DNA of 64,000 nucleotides from Spirochaetia bacterium (GTDB lineage Bacteria; Spirochaetota; Spirochaetia; DSM-2461). Of this stretch, positions 1 through 9,598 are shown in pieces. The position numbers were made by a program, and so were the translations under genes. The notes under the pieces were generated by a model. It was given only the letters and a program-made list of their open reading frames with translations. It searched no databases and was not told where the DNA came from. The stretch spans positions 5,408,001 to 5,472,000 of the forward strand of contig OY764216.1 in the NCBI GenBank assembly GCA_963668315.1, read 5' to 3'. Each line of letters starts with the position of its first letter. The stretch's first letter is position 1.

Positions 1-1
1 A

Positions 2-103
2 GTTGTAAAGGATATCCTGACCAATTCCTCCTTTCATCCCCACGGGATCAAAGTGCGCCTGGAGGACGGGCAGATCGGCAGGGTACAGGAAATCATCGAA
101 TAA
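2..103 (+). CDS. YwbE/DUF2196-family small protein, 3' part only (runs off the window start)
   Basis: Frame 2 reads VVKDILTNSSFHPHGIKVRLEDGQIGRVQEIIE*. HPHGIKVRLxDGxxGRV is the YwbE-family signature. Confidence 0.8.
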   Translation, partial: VVKDILTNSSFHPHGIKVRLEDGQIGRVQEIIE

Positions 104-114
104 AGGAAAATCGA

Positions 115-384
115 ATGGCCAATTACAAAATCAAGTGCGAAGTCGTCGAGATACGGCAGAATAAGTTCAAATGCTCACAGGTAGGACAAACCTTCCTACT
201 TGGCGCCCGTACCCCCGAAGGGATGTGCGCCAAGGCATACGCCTCCATCTACCCCCAGGCCCTGGCGATGCGTTTTTCCGACAAGATGGCCTGGGAAGAT
301 GAATCGGGGGTTATCAATATTACCTGTCCCGACCGGGATGTGGTCTACCGCTTATCCAGAATCAAAGACGAACAGACGTCCTAA
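115..384 (+). CDS. TIGR04076-family small protein
   Basis: 89 aa with C..VGQTF...TPEGMC..AY..IYP and CPD..VVYRL motifs; AAGGA RBS upstream. Confidence 0.75.
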   Translation: MANYKIKCEVVEIRQNKFKCSQVGQTFLLGARTPEGMCAKAYASIYPQALAMRFSDKMAWEDESGVINITCPDRDVVYRLSRIKDEQTS

Positions 385-1037
385 ACAAAATAGTTTTCCA
401 GACCTCCGAAATCATTCAGGTCGGCCGTGAGGTTGCTGAGGATCAGCTCCGAATCCTTGTTTTTCAGACCGGCGATGATTTCCGCGTGGTGCTTCGTATC
501 GGCGGAGAGGAGCTTAATATCGCTTGTGCTCTTGTAGAACTGGGCATAGGCTCTCTTCAGCCGGTTCATACAGCGTTCCAGTTCTTCCTTGGCATACCGG
601 CTGCCGCATGACTCGACGAGCTTCAGATGAAATTCCACATTGTGGGCCCAGTGGGTCCAGACGTCTGAACAGTCCCTCTGGCAGCGCTCGTCAATCTCCT
701 CCAGTTCAGCTATCTGAGCCGGGGAAAACCGGTCGAAATGCATTTTCAGCATGCCCCTCTCAAGGATCAGCCGGAACTGGATCATTTCGGAAATATCTTC
801 CTTTGTCAGCCGGATGACCTCGTAACCGTAACGGGGTATATTGCGCAGAACATTCTCGGCGCAGAGAGTCATCAGAGCTTCCCGGACGGGGGATTTACTG
901 CATTCATACTTCTCTATGAGACTTCTCTCGTTCAGTATATCGCCGGGCTGGTACTCCAGAGAAATGATATCTTCCAAGATCGCATTGTATACTTTGTCCT
1001 TTAAACTCATCTCTTTCCCCGCCGGGTTATCACTCAT
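381..1037 (-). CDS. GntR-family transcriptional regulator (FCD C-terminal domain)
   Basis: N-terminal wHTH (VYNAILEDII...PGD.LNE..L...YECSKSPVREAL) and FCD-like NVEFH...HH motifs. Confidence 0.9.
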   Translation of the reverse strand: MSDNPAGKEMSLKDKVYNAILEDIISLEYQPGDILNERSLIEKYECSKSPVREALMTLCAENVLRNIPRYGYEVIRLTKEDISEMIQFRLILERGMLKMHFDRFSPAQIAELEEIDERCQRDCSDVWTHWAHNVEFHLKLVESCGSRYAKEELERCMNRLKRAYAQFYKSTSDIKLLSADTKHHAEIIAGLKNKDSELILSNLTADLNDFGGLENYFV

Positions 1038-1110
1038 TTTTCCACTCTCTTCCGATGATTGAAGGGCATTTTACCATAGATCGGGGTGAAGTGAAAGGGA
1101 AACTCCGGAG

Positions 1111-1139
1111 TTGACACCTGATATGATTACTGGTATTAT
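1111..1139 (+). promoter_or_regulatory. sigma70-type promoter for the cysteine desulfidase gene
   Basis: TTGACA (1111-1116), 17-bp spacer, TATTAT (1134-1139); GAGGTG RBS before the ATG at 1174. Confidence 0.75.
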
Positions 1140-1162
1140 CAGTAGTATTACCAGTAATCATA
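1122..1162. promoter_or_regulatory. Perfect 14-bp inverted repeat, probable GntR operator
   Basis: TATGATTACTGGTA (1122-1135) and TACCAGTAATCATA (1149-1162) with a 13-bp spacer; overlaps the -10 box; lies between divergent gntR and its likely target. Confidence 0.7.
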
Positions 1163-1173
1163 CGAGGTGATTT

Positions 1174-2463
1174 ATGAATACAGTTAAAGAGCAGTTCTAC
1201 CTGGATATATTAAACAAAGAGCTTGTCCCCGCCCTGGGATGCACCGAGCCCATCGCCATTGCCTACGCGTCTGCTAAAGCGCGGCAGGTGCTGGGAGAAT
1301 CTCCGGAAAAAATCGATATCTGCTGCAGCGGAAACATTATAAAGAACGTGGCGGGTGTAAAAGTCCCCCACTCGGGCGGACTGAAGGGAGTCGGCGTCGC
1401 AGCCATTCTCGGTGTTCTGGGGGGTGATGCCGACAGGGAGCTGGAAGTGCTGGAAGGAGTCACCGACGGACACAGGGAACAGACGAAAGAGCTTCTGAAT
1501 AATGGATACTTCTCCTGCAAACTTCAGGAGGATGTGGAAAACCTTTATATCATCGCCACCGTATGGAAAGGGGCCCATTCGGCCAGCGTCACCATCATCA
1601 ACCGCCATACGCTGATCACGGAAATCAGGAAAGACGGAGAAGTCATCTACCAGGCTCAGGGGGAAAGCGGAGTCAAGGGAGAGGCCGATTCCTGGGATGT
1701 GACGATCAGGGAAATCCTGGACTTCGCCGAAAAGGCGGATCTGGAGAAAGTGAGAGGGCTGCTCGACCGGCAGATTCAGATGAACTCCGCCATCGCCCGG
1801 ACGGGAATGGAGAGCGATTACGGAGCCCAGGTGGGAAAAACTCTCCTCGAAACCTCAGGAGAAGACGTGAGGACCCGGGCAAGGGCCTTTGCCTCGGCGG
1901 GGTCGGATGCCCGGATGGGGGGCTGCAGCCTTCCCGTCGTGATTGTGTCGGGCAGCGGCAACCAGGGAATGACCGTATCTCTCCCCGTGCTGGAATACGC
2001 GAAAGAGTGGAATGTTCCCCCGGAAAAACTATACCGGGCCCTGATTATCAGCAATCTGACTTCGGTCCATCTGAAGCACTATATCGGCAGCCTCTCGGCC
2101 TTCTGCGGAGCCGTCACGGCGGCCTGCGGCGCGGGAGCGGCCATAACCTACCTGGACAACGGGACCTATCAGAATATCTCCCACACCATCATCAATACCC
2201 TGGCCAATGTGGGAGGCATCGTATGCGACGGAGCCAAGGCGTCCTGCGCCGCGAAAATATCCTCCGCCGTGGATGCCGCCATCCTGGGGTACCAGCTGAG
2301 CATGAAAGACCGTTTCTTCGAATCCGGGGAGGGCATCATAAAGGAAGACCTGGAAAGCACGATCCAGAGCATGGGCTATGTGGGGCGGGTGGGAATGAAA
2401 GCCACCGATATCGAAATCCTCAATGTCATGATGGACCAGGTCGATTACCGGGCGGGAGCCTAA
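1174..2463 (+). CDS. L-cysteine desulfidase / serine dehydratase alpha-like protein (CyuA/YhaM family)
   Basis: PALGCTEPIAIA, SGNIIKN, SDARMGG, SGSGNQG, SAFCG and CDGAKASCAAK motifs. Confidence 0.9.
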   Translation: MNTVKEQFYLDILNKELVPALGCTEPIAIAYASAKARQVLGESPEKIDICCSGNIIKNVAGVKVPHSGGLKGVGVAAILGVLGGDADRELEVLEGVTDGHREQTKELLNNGYFSCKLQEDVENLYIIATVWKGAHSASVTIINRHTLITEIRKDGEVIYQAQGESGVKGEADSWDVTIREILDFAEKADLEKVRGLLDRQIQMNSAIARTGMESDYGAQVGKTLLETSGEDVRTRARAFASAGSDARMGGCSLPVVIVSGSGNQGMTVSLPVLEYAKEWNVPPEKLYRALIISNLTSVHLKHYIGSLSAFCGAVTAACGAGAAITYLDNGTYQNISHTIINTLANVGGIVCDGAKASCAAKISSAVDAAILGYQLSMKDRFFESGEGIIKEDLESTIQSMGYVGRVGMKATDIEILNVMMDQVDYRAGA

Positions 2464-2464
2464 A

Positions 2465-3202
2465 CTAAATCACGTTGTCCACAACGAGCATATTAAGCTT
2501 TTGGGAAGTACGCAGTTCCCCCTTCGTCAGGAGGAGCTGCTCTTTCAGCTCATCGGAATACTTATGGGGCGTCAGCGTCACAAGACACTTGAAGGCGCAG
2601 GGCCTCATATCGGAGGATGAAATCCCGCATAGCATTCCATAGGTGCTCTCCCTCAGCTCCAGGGGATTGAAAATATACAAAAGGTCCTCCTCCAGAGTGT
2701 TATACTGATTGATAAAGGAAAAACGGATAAGCCTGTCGCTGTAGGTGACAGAACCGAGGTAGTAGATTTCGCTGCTCCTCCCGTTGGGAGTCACGACACT
2801 GATGGTAAGGGCGGCTTTCTGCTGATTCCCCTCCCTCCCGGGAAATATATCGATCACCCCGTCCTTAAGCCTTTTATAGCGGCCGTCATAAAAATAGAAA
2901 TACAGCCGGGAGGCATTATGGAATGTTTTCATCACCGTTCCTCCGGTCTGACCTCCGCCTGCGCCGGGAATCTGATAGTCGATAAGCTGATTGGGGGAGA
3001 CCTGGAGAGCCGCAGCTATATGAAAAAGCGTCGTCAGATCCAGTGAGATCTCACCGGTTTCATATTTTGAAACGGTGGAGCGGCTCTTATGTATCCGATC
3101 GGCCAGATCCTGAATCGTCATACCCCGGATTTTCCGGTTCTTTCTGATGCGGTCGCCCACATGGCGGTTGACCTCTTCATAAAGACAGGATGCACTTTCC
3201 AT
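2465..3202 (-). CDS. XRE-family HTH regulator with an uncharacterised C-terminal domain
   Basis: IRKNRKIRGMTIQDLADRIHKSRSTVSKYETG HTH_3 motif; start placed at ATG 3202 behind a GGGGAGG RBS. Confidence 0.85.
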   Translation of the reverse strand: MESASCLYEEVNRHVGDRIRKNRKIRGMTIQDLADRIHKSRSTVSKYETGEISLDLTTLFHIAAALQVSPNQLIDYQIPGAGGGQTGGTVMKTFHNASRLYFYFYDGRYKRLKDGVIDIFPGREGNQQKAALTISVVTPNGRSSEIYYLGSVTYSDRLIRFSFINQYNTLEEDLLYIFNPLELRESTYGMLCGISSSDMRPCAFKCLVTLTPHKYSDELKEQLLLTKGELRTSQKLNMLVVDNVI

Positions 3203-3451
3203 AAACAATCCCTCCCCTTGTTGAACCCGGAGTTTCCTCAAACGGTACAATGGCATGTTTTTTTCCTATAAAAGGCCCTATATGTCGCTAATCTAACATA
3301 AAAAGGCGTAGAATTCTATTCTCAGGAAATTTTTACCCTTATACTTCTATTCTAACGAAACTTATACAATTTGTCTCTTCCCCGGTCTTTTCTGTATACT
3401 GAAAAGAAGAATGCGCCGCCCTTCGCTGTGCGGTGCAGAGGGAGAAAGAAT

Positions 3452-4378
3452 ATGAAGATAGCGATTATAGGAGCGGGGGCCATGGGATGCCTTTACGGCG
3501 CCCACCTGAGTGAAAAGAACGATGTAACCATGATTGATGCCCTTCCGGACCAGGTGGAAGCCATCAACAGCAAGGGAATAACCATGGTGGATACATCGGG
3601 CAGGGAAAAAAACTTCCCTGAGGTAAAGGCCTCCCTTTCCGGAGAATGGCGGGACGATATGGATGTGGTGATCATCTTCGTCAAATCGACCTACACGGAA
3701 CAGGCCCTTGAACAGAACCGCGGCCTTCTGGGAGATTCCACCCTGGTCATGACCCTTCAGAACGGAGCGGGCAACGACAGGAAAATAGAAAAGTATGTGA
3801 AAAGGGAAAACGTCATCATAGGCACAAGCAAGCACAACGCCATCAATCTGGGCAGGGGTAAAATCCGCCACGGCGGGCCGGGAGAGACGACCATCGGCAG
3901 TAATTATCAGGCGACCGGTGCGGTTGAAACCATTTCCCGAATGCTTTCCGAAGCGGGATTCGAGGTAAATGCCACCGACGATATCCAGCGGATCATCTGG
4001 AGCAAACTGCTCGTGAATCTCTCGGTCAATACGTTTACAGCGATAACTCTGACCCCCATCGGATACATGATTAAAAACCAGCATGCCTGGGATTTCGCGA
4101 AAAGGCTTGTGTATGAGGCCATAGAAGTGGCCGAGGCCGACGGCACCTATTTCGACAGGCGGGAGGCGCTTAATATGGTAAGAGGCGTCTGTGAAACGGC
4201 GGGAGAGGGGTATTCATCCATGTATCAGGATAGAAAGCGCAGGATCCCCATGGAAATCGACGCCATAAACGGGGCTATCGTGGAACAGGCGAAGCTTTAC
4301 GGGGTCCCCACCCCCTACAATACGCTCATCGTCGACCTGATCCACGCCATAGAAGGGGCTTACGATCTCTATGAGTAG
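3452..4378 (+). CDS. panE: 2-dehydropantoate 2-reductase (ketopantoate reductase)
   Basis: MKIAIIGAGAMG Rossmann motif, VKS, LQNG, WSKLLVN, SSMYQD and EIDAING motifs. Confidence 0.92.
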   Translation: MKIAIIGAGAMGCLYGAHLSEKNDVTMIDALPDQVEAINSKGITMVDTSGREKNFPEVKASLSGEWRDDMDVVIIFVKSTYTEQALEQNRGLLGDSTLVMTLQNGAGNDRKIEKYVKRENVIIGTSKHNAINLGRGKIRHGGPGETTIGSNYQATGAVETISRMLSEAGFEVNATDDIQRIIWSKLLVNLSVNTFTAITLTPIGYMIKNQHAWDFAKRLVYEAIEVAEADGTYFDRREALNMVRGVCETAGEGYSSMYQDRKRRIPMEIDAINGAIVEQAKLYGVPTPYNTLIVDLIHAIEGAYDLYE

Positions 4379-4396
4379 CCCTTCAGGGTATGGGAA

Positions 4397-4416
4397 AGGC
4401 CCCCTTTCGGGGGCCT
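4397..4416. terminator. Stem-loop between convergent genes (probable bidirectional terminator)
   Basis: AGGCCCCC-TTTC-GGGGGCCT, a perfect 8-bp stem between the stops at 4378 and 4421. Confidence 0.65.
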
Positions 4417-4420
4417 CTCA

Positions 4421-4642
4421 TTACTTCCACCAGATTGCTTTCTTTCTGGGGTTGCCGAAGGACTCAAAGGAGTCCCCCGATTCATTCAGGACAGCCATGA
4501 ACTCATCCAGAGTAAAATCATAACCGTCTTCATTCGCCATGTTAACAAAGTTTTCCTTGCTTTCAACCACATCGTACTTGAGTCGGAGATCGTTATCCGA
4601 ACCTCCGGCAATTAAAAATTCTTCAACATTTTTCTTGGACAT
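4421..4642 (-). CDS. Nif11-like leader peptide family protein
   Basis: MSKKNVEEFL...D.DLR.K.....SKENFV..A..DGYDFT.DE matches the Nif11 leader pattern; GGAGG RBS. Confidence 0.7.
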   Translation of the reverse strand: MSKKNVEEFLIAGGSDNDLRLKYDVVESKENFVNMANEDGYDFTLDEFMAVLNESGDSFESFGNPRKKAIWWK

Positions 4643-4719
4643 TTTTATTCCTCCAACCTTTTGGTCAGATAATAAAAAAAGATTTAAACTCTGTCAATCT
4701 AAGGAAAAGCGTGCTCTCT

Positions 4720-5847
4720 CTATAAAAGATCGGACATAACACGGTTCTTTCCGGCCTCTTTTCCCTGGTAGAGAAGCTGGTCAGCCCGTTCAAAGAGAGA
4801 GGCTTTGGTATCTCCCGGACGGTAGTGGGCCACACCGATGGTAAGGGTGACATGCAAAGAAAGGCCGGAACATTCCACCGGTTCCGCCGTGGTCTTAATC
4901 CTTATGCGCTCCATGGTCTCGCAAGCCTGCAGTTCCGTTGAGTCCCTGAGTATGAAAAGAAACTCCTCCCCTCCCCAGCGCCCCAGGAAATCGTAGGCTC
5001 TGATAGAACGGCTGAACCGGGAAGCCATCTCTTTCAGAACCTCGTCACCGATTTTATGGCCGTACTCGTCATTGACTCTCTTGAAATTATCCAGATCTCC
5101 CACCGCTAGGGAGATATTCCGAATTTCCCTGTCGGGAAAGGGCTCGTTCAGCACCAGCTCAAGTTCGCCTTCCACACTCCTTCGGTTGGGAAGATTCGTC
5201 AGAGCATCGGTATGGGCCATACGTCTGATTTTCCCATGGTATAATTTCAGCTCCTCCTCGGCATTCTTCAGAGTCATACCGAAGCGGAAGAAGCTCAGGG
5301 CCATGATTGTAAAGGTCAATATAATGTTCACTTCGTGAAAAACAAAGAGAGTTCTTTCCGGAATGGCATAAAGAGATCTGCCGTCTCCATAGATAAGAAT
5401 TATGGTCAGATAGGCAGCCACGATGGTCATCGACAGAGGAAAGGTAATGCGCTTTCTCGTATTTACATTCAGAGAAAGCAGAACATTGGCTGACAGAAGA
5501 TAGTAGTGTACCCCGAAATGAATACCAAAGAAATTCACATAGATAAATGTATTCACAAAGAGAGTTATCAGTCCCAGATAAAAGGCGAGAACGTATTTTT
5601 CCCTTCGTGAAAGATACGAGGCAGTCCCGAAGCAGGCCATAATGAGAATGCTGATATAAAAAGGTTTCATCAGGCCGGCAAGAAAATAGTAGATTGAGTA
5701 AAGTAATATCGACGTCACAGCCAATAGATAAATTGTCGTCTGAAAGGTGTAGATGGGGTTGTACGCCTTCTCTTCATCCATGCTTTCCATAAGTTTAAGT
5801 ATAGGTGCGGTAAATACGAAATCAAGAGGCGACCATTCCTTCATCAA
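4720..5847 (-). CDS. Membrane-bound diguanylate cyclase
   Basis: Multiple N-terminal TM segments; DALTNLPNRR, DLDNFKRVNDEYGH, I-site RAYD and intact GGEEF. Confidence 0.92.
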   Translation of the reverse strand: MMKEWSPLDFVFTAPILKLMESMDEEKAYNPIYTFQTTIYLLAVTSILLYSIYYFLAGLMKPFYISILIMACFGTASYLSRREKYVLAFYLGLITLFVNTFIYVNFFGIHFGVHYYLLSANVLLSLNVNTRKRITFPLSMTIVAAYLTIILIYGDGRSLYAIPERTLFVFHEVNIILTFTIMALSFFRFGMTLKNAEEELKLYHGKIRRMAHTDALTNLPNRRSVEGELELVLNEPFPDREIRNISLAVGDLDNFKRVNDEYGHKIGDEVLKEMASRFSRSIRAYDFLGRWGGEEFLFILRDSTELQACETMERIRIKTTAEPVECSGLSLHVTLTIGVAHYRPGDTKASLFERADQLLYQGKEAGKNRVMSDLL

Positions 5848-5902
5848 GGGAACAGGAGAAAGAAATTTGCTATCATCTCCTTTCCGATGTAAATTTAGAA
5901 GT

Positions 5903-7474
5903 ATGGACAGCCGGGGTGGAAGTGAACATGAGGAACTCTATCTTCTCCTTTCTTCGAAAAGCGAAAAGCTTCTGGAGATTGCCAACGATCTTCTGACCCA
6001 TGGCATGAAGGCCCGATCCTCCCAGGGATTTTTCAATTATCTCATATACCTGACCTCGGACCTGACCACGGCGATGGAGGACCACCGGGTTTTCGGCAAT
6101 GAAGACTGGCGGCCCTACTACCAGCTGACTCTGGAAACGAACAGCCTCTGCTCCATCATAAAAGAGATCATATCCCTGGAGAAAATCAATCACGGCCTTA
6201 CCGGTAATATTCCGGAGGAGAAACTCAGGAAGGACAATGAGAAGCTTAAGCTCATGGCCCGCGACCTTCTCCTGAATATCTGCGGCGCGCTCGTCAGGGA
6301 ATCGATGAAACTGCCTCTGAAATGCAGGATAGGCATGGCGGACGCCACCCTGTACCGGGACGACATCATCTACGATGTGCTGCCCCAGACATCCGGGGGT
6401 CGCAGCGAAATTCTGGAGGATGACAGGATTGTCTACCTGGCGGAAAGATTTCTGAACCTGGCCGGGGAATACCGCTATCTGAAACCGCCCGATCTGAAGG
6501 ATAAGGAGCGGGTCAATGGTTATATCCGGGCCCGGCTCAACGAAGAGAAGCTGGACTCCCTGGAGACCAAATCAATCCATCTGAAAAAGCTCTTTGAGAA
6601 ATATACCGATTTCAAGATAACCGCGTCCCATGGGGAAGACCTGCAGGAACTGCACCGCTACATCTCATCGGTCAGCAGCCTGATCAGGCTCGCCTACCTC
6701 ATCATCGATTTCAACAGGAGCCACTCCTTCCTTATGAGCATCTCCCATGTGGGAACCTATACGGCCAAGGACAACGGATTTTCCCCGGAGGATTTCACCT
6801 GGTTCATCATATCCTACGCCTTCTATTACATAGATCTTCTCTTCAAGGAGGGGGCGGCCCTCTGCCGGAGCATATTGAAGGATTACCTGACAATCTCAGA
6901 GGAGCCCCTTCCCGTACCGCCCTACCGCGGTTTTCATGTCCGGCCCTCCACCCTCGTCTCCCGAATTATACGGCATTACGGATCGGATATGACCATGGTC
7001 CTGGACGGGGAAGAGTACAACCCGGCCAGTCCTCTGGACCTGTTCCGGGCGAATGAGACAATCAACCGCAAGGCCCGGAGAGCTCTCAAGGAAGAGCTTA
7101 TCCAATACCTGACGGACAGAGGAGAGAGAGAAGGGGACAGCAGCGAAGAGCTTTTCAGAGCGGGTGTCTCCTTTTTATATAACCGGGGCCGAATTTTCAT
7201 CAAGGATATGGATGTATTTCTGGAAGCCCCCGCTGAGGGCTCAGCGGACTGGAGCCGGGAAGAGCGGATAAACGAGACGGCGGCCAGGGTGGACAGGCTG
7301 ATTATGGAAGAGAAGATTCATCTTCTCCTCACGGAAAGGGTGGTTTTCCGGGGGGATGCCCGGGTTCTGGAAGATCTCCGGACACTGGCCGATGGGGGGT
7401 ACGGAGAGGACCGGGAGGGCGGCAATATTCCCCTGCCTCCGGAACTTTCCTATCTCCGGCGCGAGTGGCAGTAG
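5903..7474 (+). CDS. Large HPr-domain protein (helical N-terminus plus HPr-like C-terminus)
   Basis: GFHVRPSTLVSRII resembles the HPr His15 motif (GLHARP). The start is uncertain; 5903 avoids overlap with the divergent gene. Confidence 0.7.
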   Translation: MDSRGGSEHEELYLLLSSKSEKLLEIANDLLTHGMKARSSQGFFNYLIYLTSDLTTAMEDHRVFGNEDWRPYYQLTLETNSLCSIIKEIISLEKINHGLTGNIPEEKLRKDNEKLKLMARDLLLNICGALVRESMKLPLKCRIGMADATLYRDDIIYDVLPQTSGGRSEILEDDRIVYLAERFLNLAGEYRYLKPPDLKDKERVNGYIRARLNEEKLDSLETKSIHLKKLFEKYTDFKITASHGEDLQELHRYISSVSSLIRLAYLIIDFNRSHSFLMSISHVGTYTAKDNGFSPEDFTWFIISYAFYYIDLLFKEGAALCRSILKDYLTISEEPLPVPPYRGFHVRPSTLVSRIIRHYGSDMTMVLDGEEYNPASPLDLFRANETINRKARRALKEELIQYLTDRGEREGDSSEELFRAGVSFLYNRGRIFIKDMDVFLEAPAEGSADWSREERINETAARVDRLIMEEKIHLLLTERVVFRGDARVLEDLRTLADGGYGEDREGGNIPLPPELSYLRREWQ

Positions 7475-7480
7475 GCAGGA

Positions 7481-8446
7481 TTAAGCGACAAGCCCGGGAC
7501 CGGATGAGTGCAGCGCCGAAAGGATCTCGCCGCCGGAGGGCAGCCTTTTTACATTCCCCGAGGCATCAAACTCGGTCAGTCTTTTCAGAACGGGCAATTC
7601 ATGGCGCCTGAGCAGGATCCACTGCTCACCCCTTTCCGAATAAGGATGGTACCGCTCCCTCATCCGGGGAAAGCTGAAGAGGCCGTCCCCGTGATCCAGA
7701 GCCGGATAGAACTCATCCCTCACGCGGTTCAGCAGGGAAGGATTAACCGCCGTATTGACCAGAAAAGCCCAGATGTTATCCGTCACAGCCAGATAGACAC
7801 CGGGGAAACTGAGCCGGAAAGAGAGTAGTTCAAAGTGCTTTTCCGTACGGGGCAGCTGGTAGGGAGGCAGAAAAAGATAGTTCTTCTCCCTGCTCTTTCG
7901 GAAGGACAAGCGGCGCATATCCAGGGGGGCTTCCATATCGGTAAAGAGTTCGCTTTCCTCCCTGTCCGATCGGCTGACCGCGGTATAGAGCTCCTCCCAC
8001 CCGGGGAAAAAGGCGAACCTCTCGCCGATAAGCCCATAGGTTTTCTCCAGCCAGATCAGTCTCTCCGTGTTGAAGGGGATCAGGGAGGCGGAACAGTTCT
8101 CATCAAAGGCGTCGATGTACCAGCAGTTATGGGCATCATAGGATTTGCAGATCAGGCTCTGGCGGGCTTCTCCGTGAATGCCGCATTTCCCGTCCCTCCT
8201 GTCGAGGAAACGGCAGTCCCGCCGCAGATACACAGTCCACTCCCCCGTGCTTTTCAACGCAGGGAAAAGCCCCTCATAACAGGAAATGAGAAGCAGATTG
8301 ACAAAGTCCCTCTGACTGTCGAGCGTCAGGGGCGCCATAGGCAGATTCCGGCAGCAGGGAGTATCGCGGCAATGGGAGCAGGGCGATTCACCCCAGGCCT
8401 CCTGCCGGACTTTCAGATCTCCCGAAGCGGTTAATTTATCTTTCAT
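7481..8446 (-). CDS. YkgJ-like cysteine-cluster protein (putative Zn/Fe-S binding)
   Basis: CSHCRDTPCC, CRFLD...CGIH and ICKSYD...C pattern. Confidence 0.65.
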   Translation of the reverse strand: MKDKLTASGDLKVRQEAWGESPCSHCRDTPCCRNLPMAPLTLDSQRDFVNLLLISCYEGLFPALKSTGEWTVYLRRDCRFLDRRDGKCGIHGEARQSLICKSYDAHNCWYIDAFDENCSASLIPFNTERLIWLEKTYGLIGERFAFFPGWEELYTAVSRSDREESELFTDMEAPLDMRRLSFRKSREKNYLFLPPYQLPRTEKHFELLSFRLSFPGVYLAVTDNIWAFLVNTAVNPSLLNRVRDEFYPALDHGDGLFSFPRMRERYHPYSERGEQWILLRRHELPVLKRLTEFDASGNVKRLPSGGEILSALHSSGPGLVA

Positions 8447-8529
8447 GACCCGGCATTCTCCTTAATCAAGAAAGATATACAGAGTAAAATGATTTATGTA
8501 AAGCCGGAAGACTCCGGGAGGTCTGTTTT

Positions 8530-9516
8530 TTACCAGTTATGATGCACGTCGTCCCTGATATACTCGTCATAAACCTTCCTGACGGCTCTCATCTGGTCAT
8601 CGGTGAGCCCGGGAGCGTCGGATACGGAGACATTCGACTCCACCTGGGAAGGACGGCTGGCACCGGGTATGATACAGCTTACCTGCTCATGCATGAGAAT
8701 CCACTTCAAGGCCGGCTCAACCAGAAGATCCTGACCGGGGAAAATCTCCCTCAGTTTTTCCACAGCCTCCAGACCCTTTTCATAGGGAATCCCCGCAAAG
8801 GTCTCTCCCTTGTCAAAGGCTTCCCCGTTCCTGTTGAAATTCCTGTGATCACTCTTCTCAAAGGTCGTTTCCTTCCTGAATTTCCCCGTTAGAAGTCCGC
8901 TGGCCAGAGGGACGCGTACGATGATGCCGATATCCTTCCTTTCCGCTTCCCGGAAAAAAAGTTCGGCCGGACGCTGTCTGAACATATTGAAAATGATCTG
9001 CACCGTCTCCACCCCGGGATACTCGATGGCCTTGAGCGCTTCCTCCACTCTTTCCACGCTGACCCCGTAATGGCGGATTTTCCCGGCTTTTTTCATGCGG
9101 TCCAGACTCTGGAACAGTTCCGGATGATAGTAGACATCGGTGGGAGGACAGTGAAGCTGCAGGAGATCCAGGGAGTCCCTGGCGGTATTTCTGAGGCTGT
9201 CATCGACAAACCCCTCTATGTTCTCCCCCGTATATCCTGAGGCGATATGGGGATTGAGCCTTCTGCCCGCCTTGGTGGCGAGTACGATCTCTTCCTTCCG
9301 CTCCCTTATGACCCTTCCCACAGCCTTTTCGCTGAGTCCGTTGCTGTAGACATCGGCCGTATCGAGAAAATTGATCCCCCTGTCGATGGCCAGATTAAGG
9401 GTTTGGTAGGCCGTTTCCTCATCGAAAGGCTTTCCCCATCCGCCTCCAAGCTGCCATGTTCCCAGAGAGATTTCCGAAATTTCATAACCCGTTTTTCCTA
9501 ACTTTCTATATTTCAT
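8530..9516 (-). CDS. Aldo/keto reductase
   Basis: LGTWQLGG, DTADVYS.G.SE, ATKAG, DLLQLH, PLASGLL and IPGAS motifs. Confidence 0.95.
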   Translation of the reverse strand: MKYRKLGKTGYEISEISLGTWQLGGGWGKPFDEETAYQTLNLAIDRGINFLDTADVYSNGLSEKAVGRVIRERKEEIVLATKAGRRLNPHIASGYTGENIEGFVDDSLRNTARDSLDLLQLHCPPTDVYYHPELFQSLDRMKKAGKIRHYGVSVERVEEALKAIEYPGVETVQIIFNMFRQRPAELFFREAERKDIGIIVRVPLASGLLTGKFRKETTFEKSDHRNFNRNGEAFDKGETFAGIPYEKGLEAVEKLREIFPGQDLLVEPALKWILMHEQVSCIIPGASRPSQVESNVSVSDAPGLTDDQMRAVRKVYDEYIRDDVHHNW

Positions 9517-9598
9517 ATAGTAAATATAACGATTCCGGTTGGGAAAAGCCAGAAATTACGGAGGAGCCCTGTGATCATTTCCGTTCCGAAAGGCCTCT

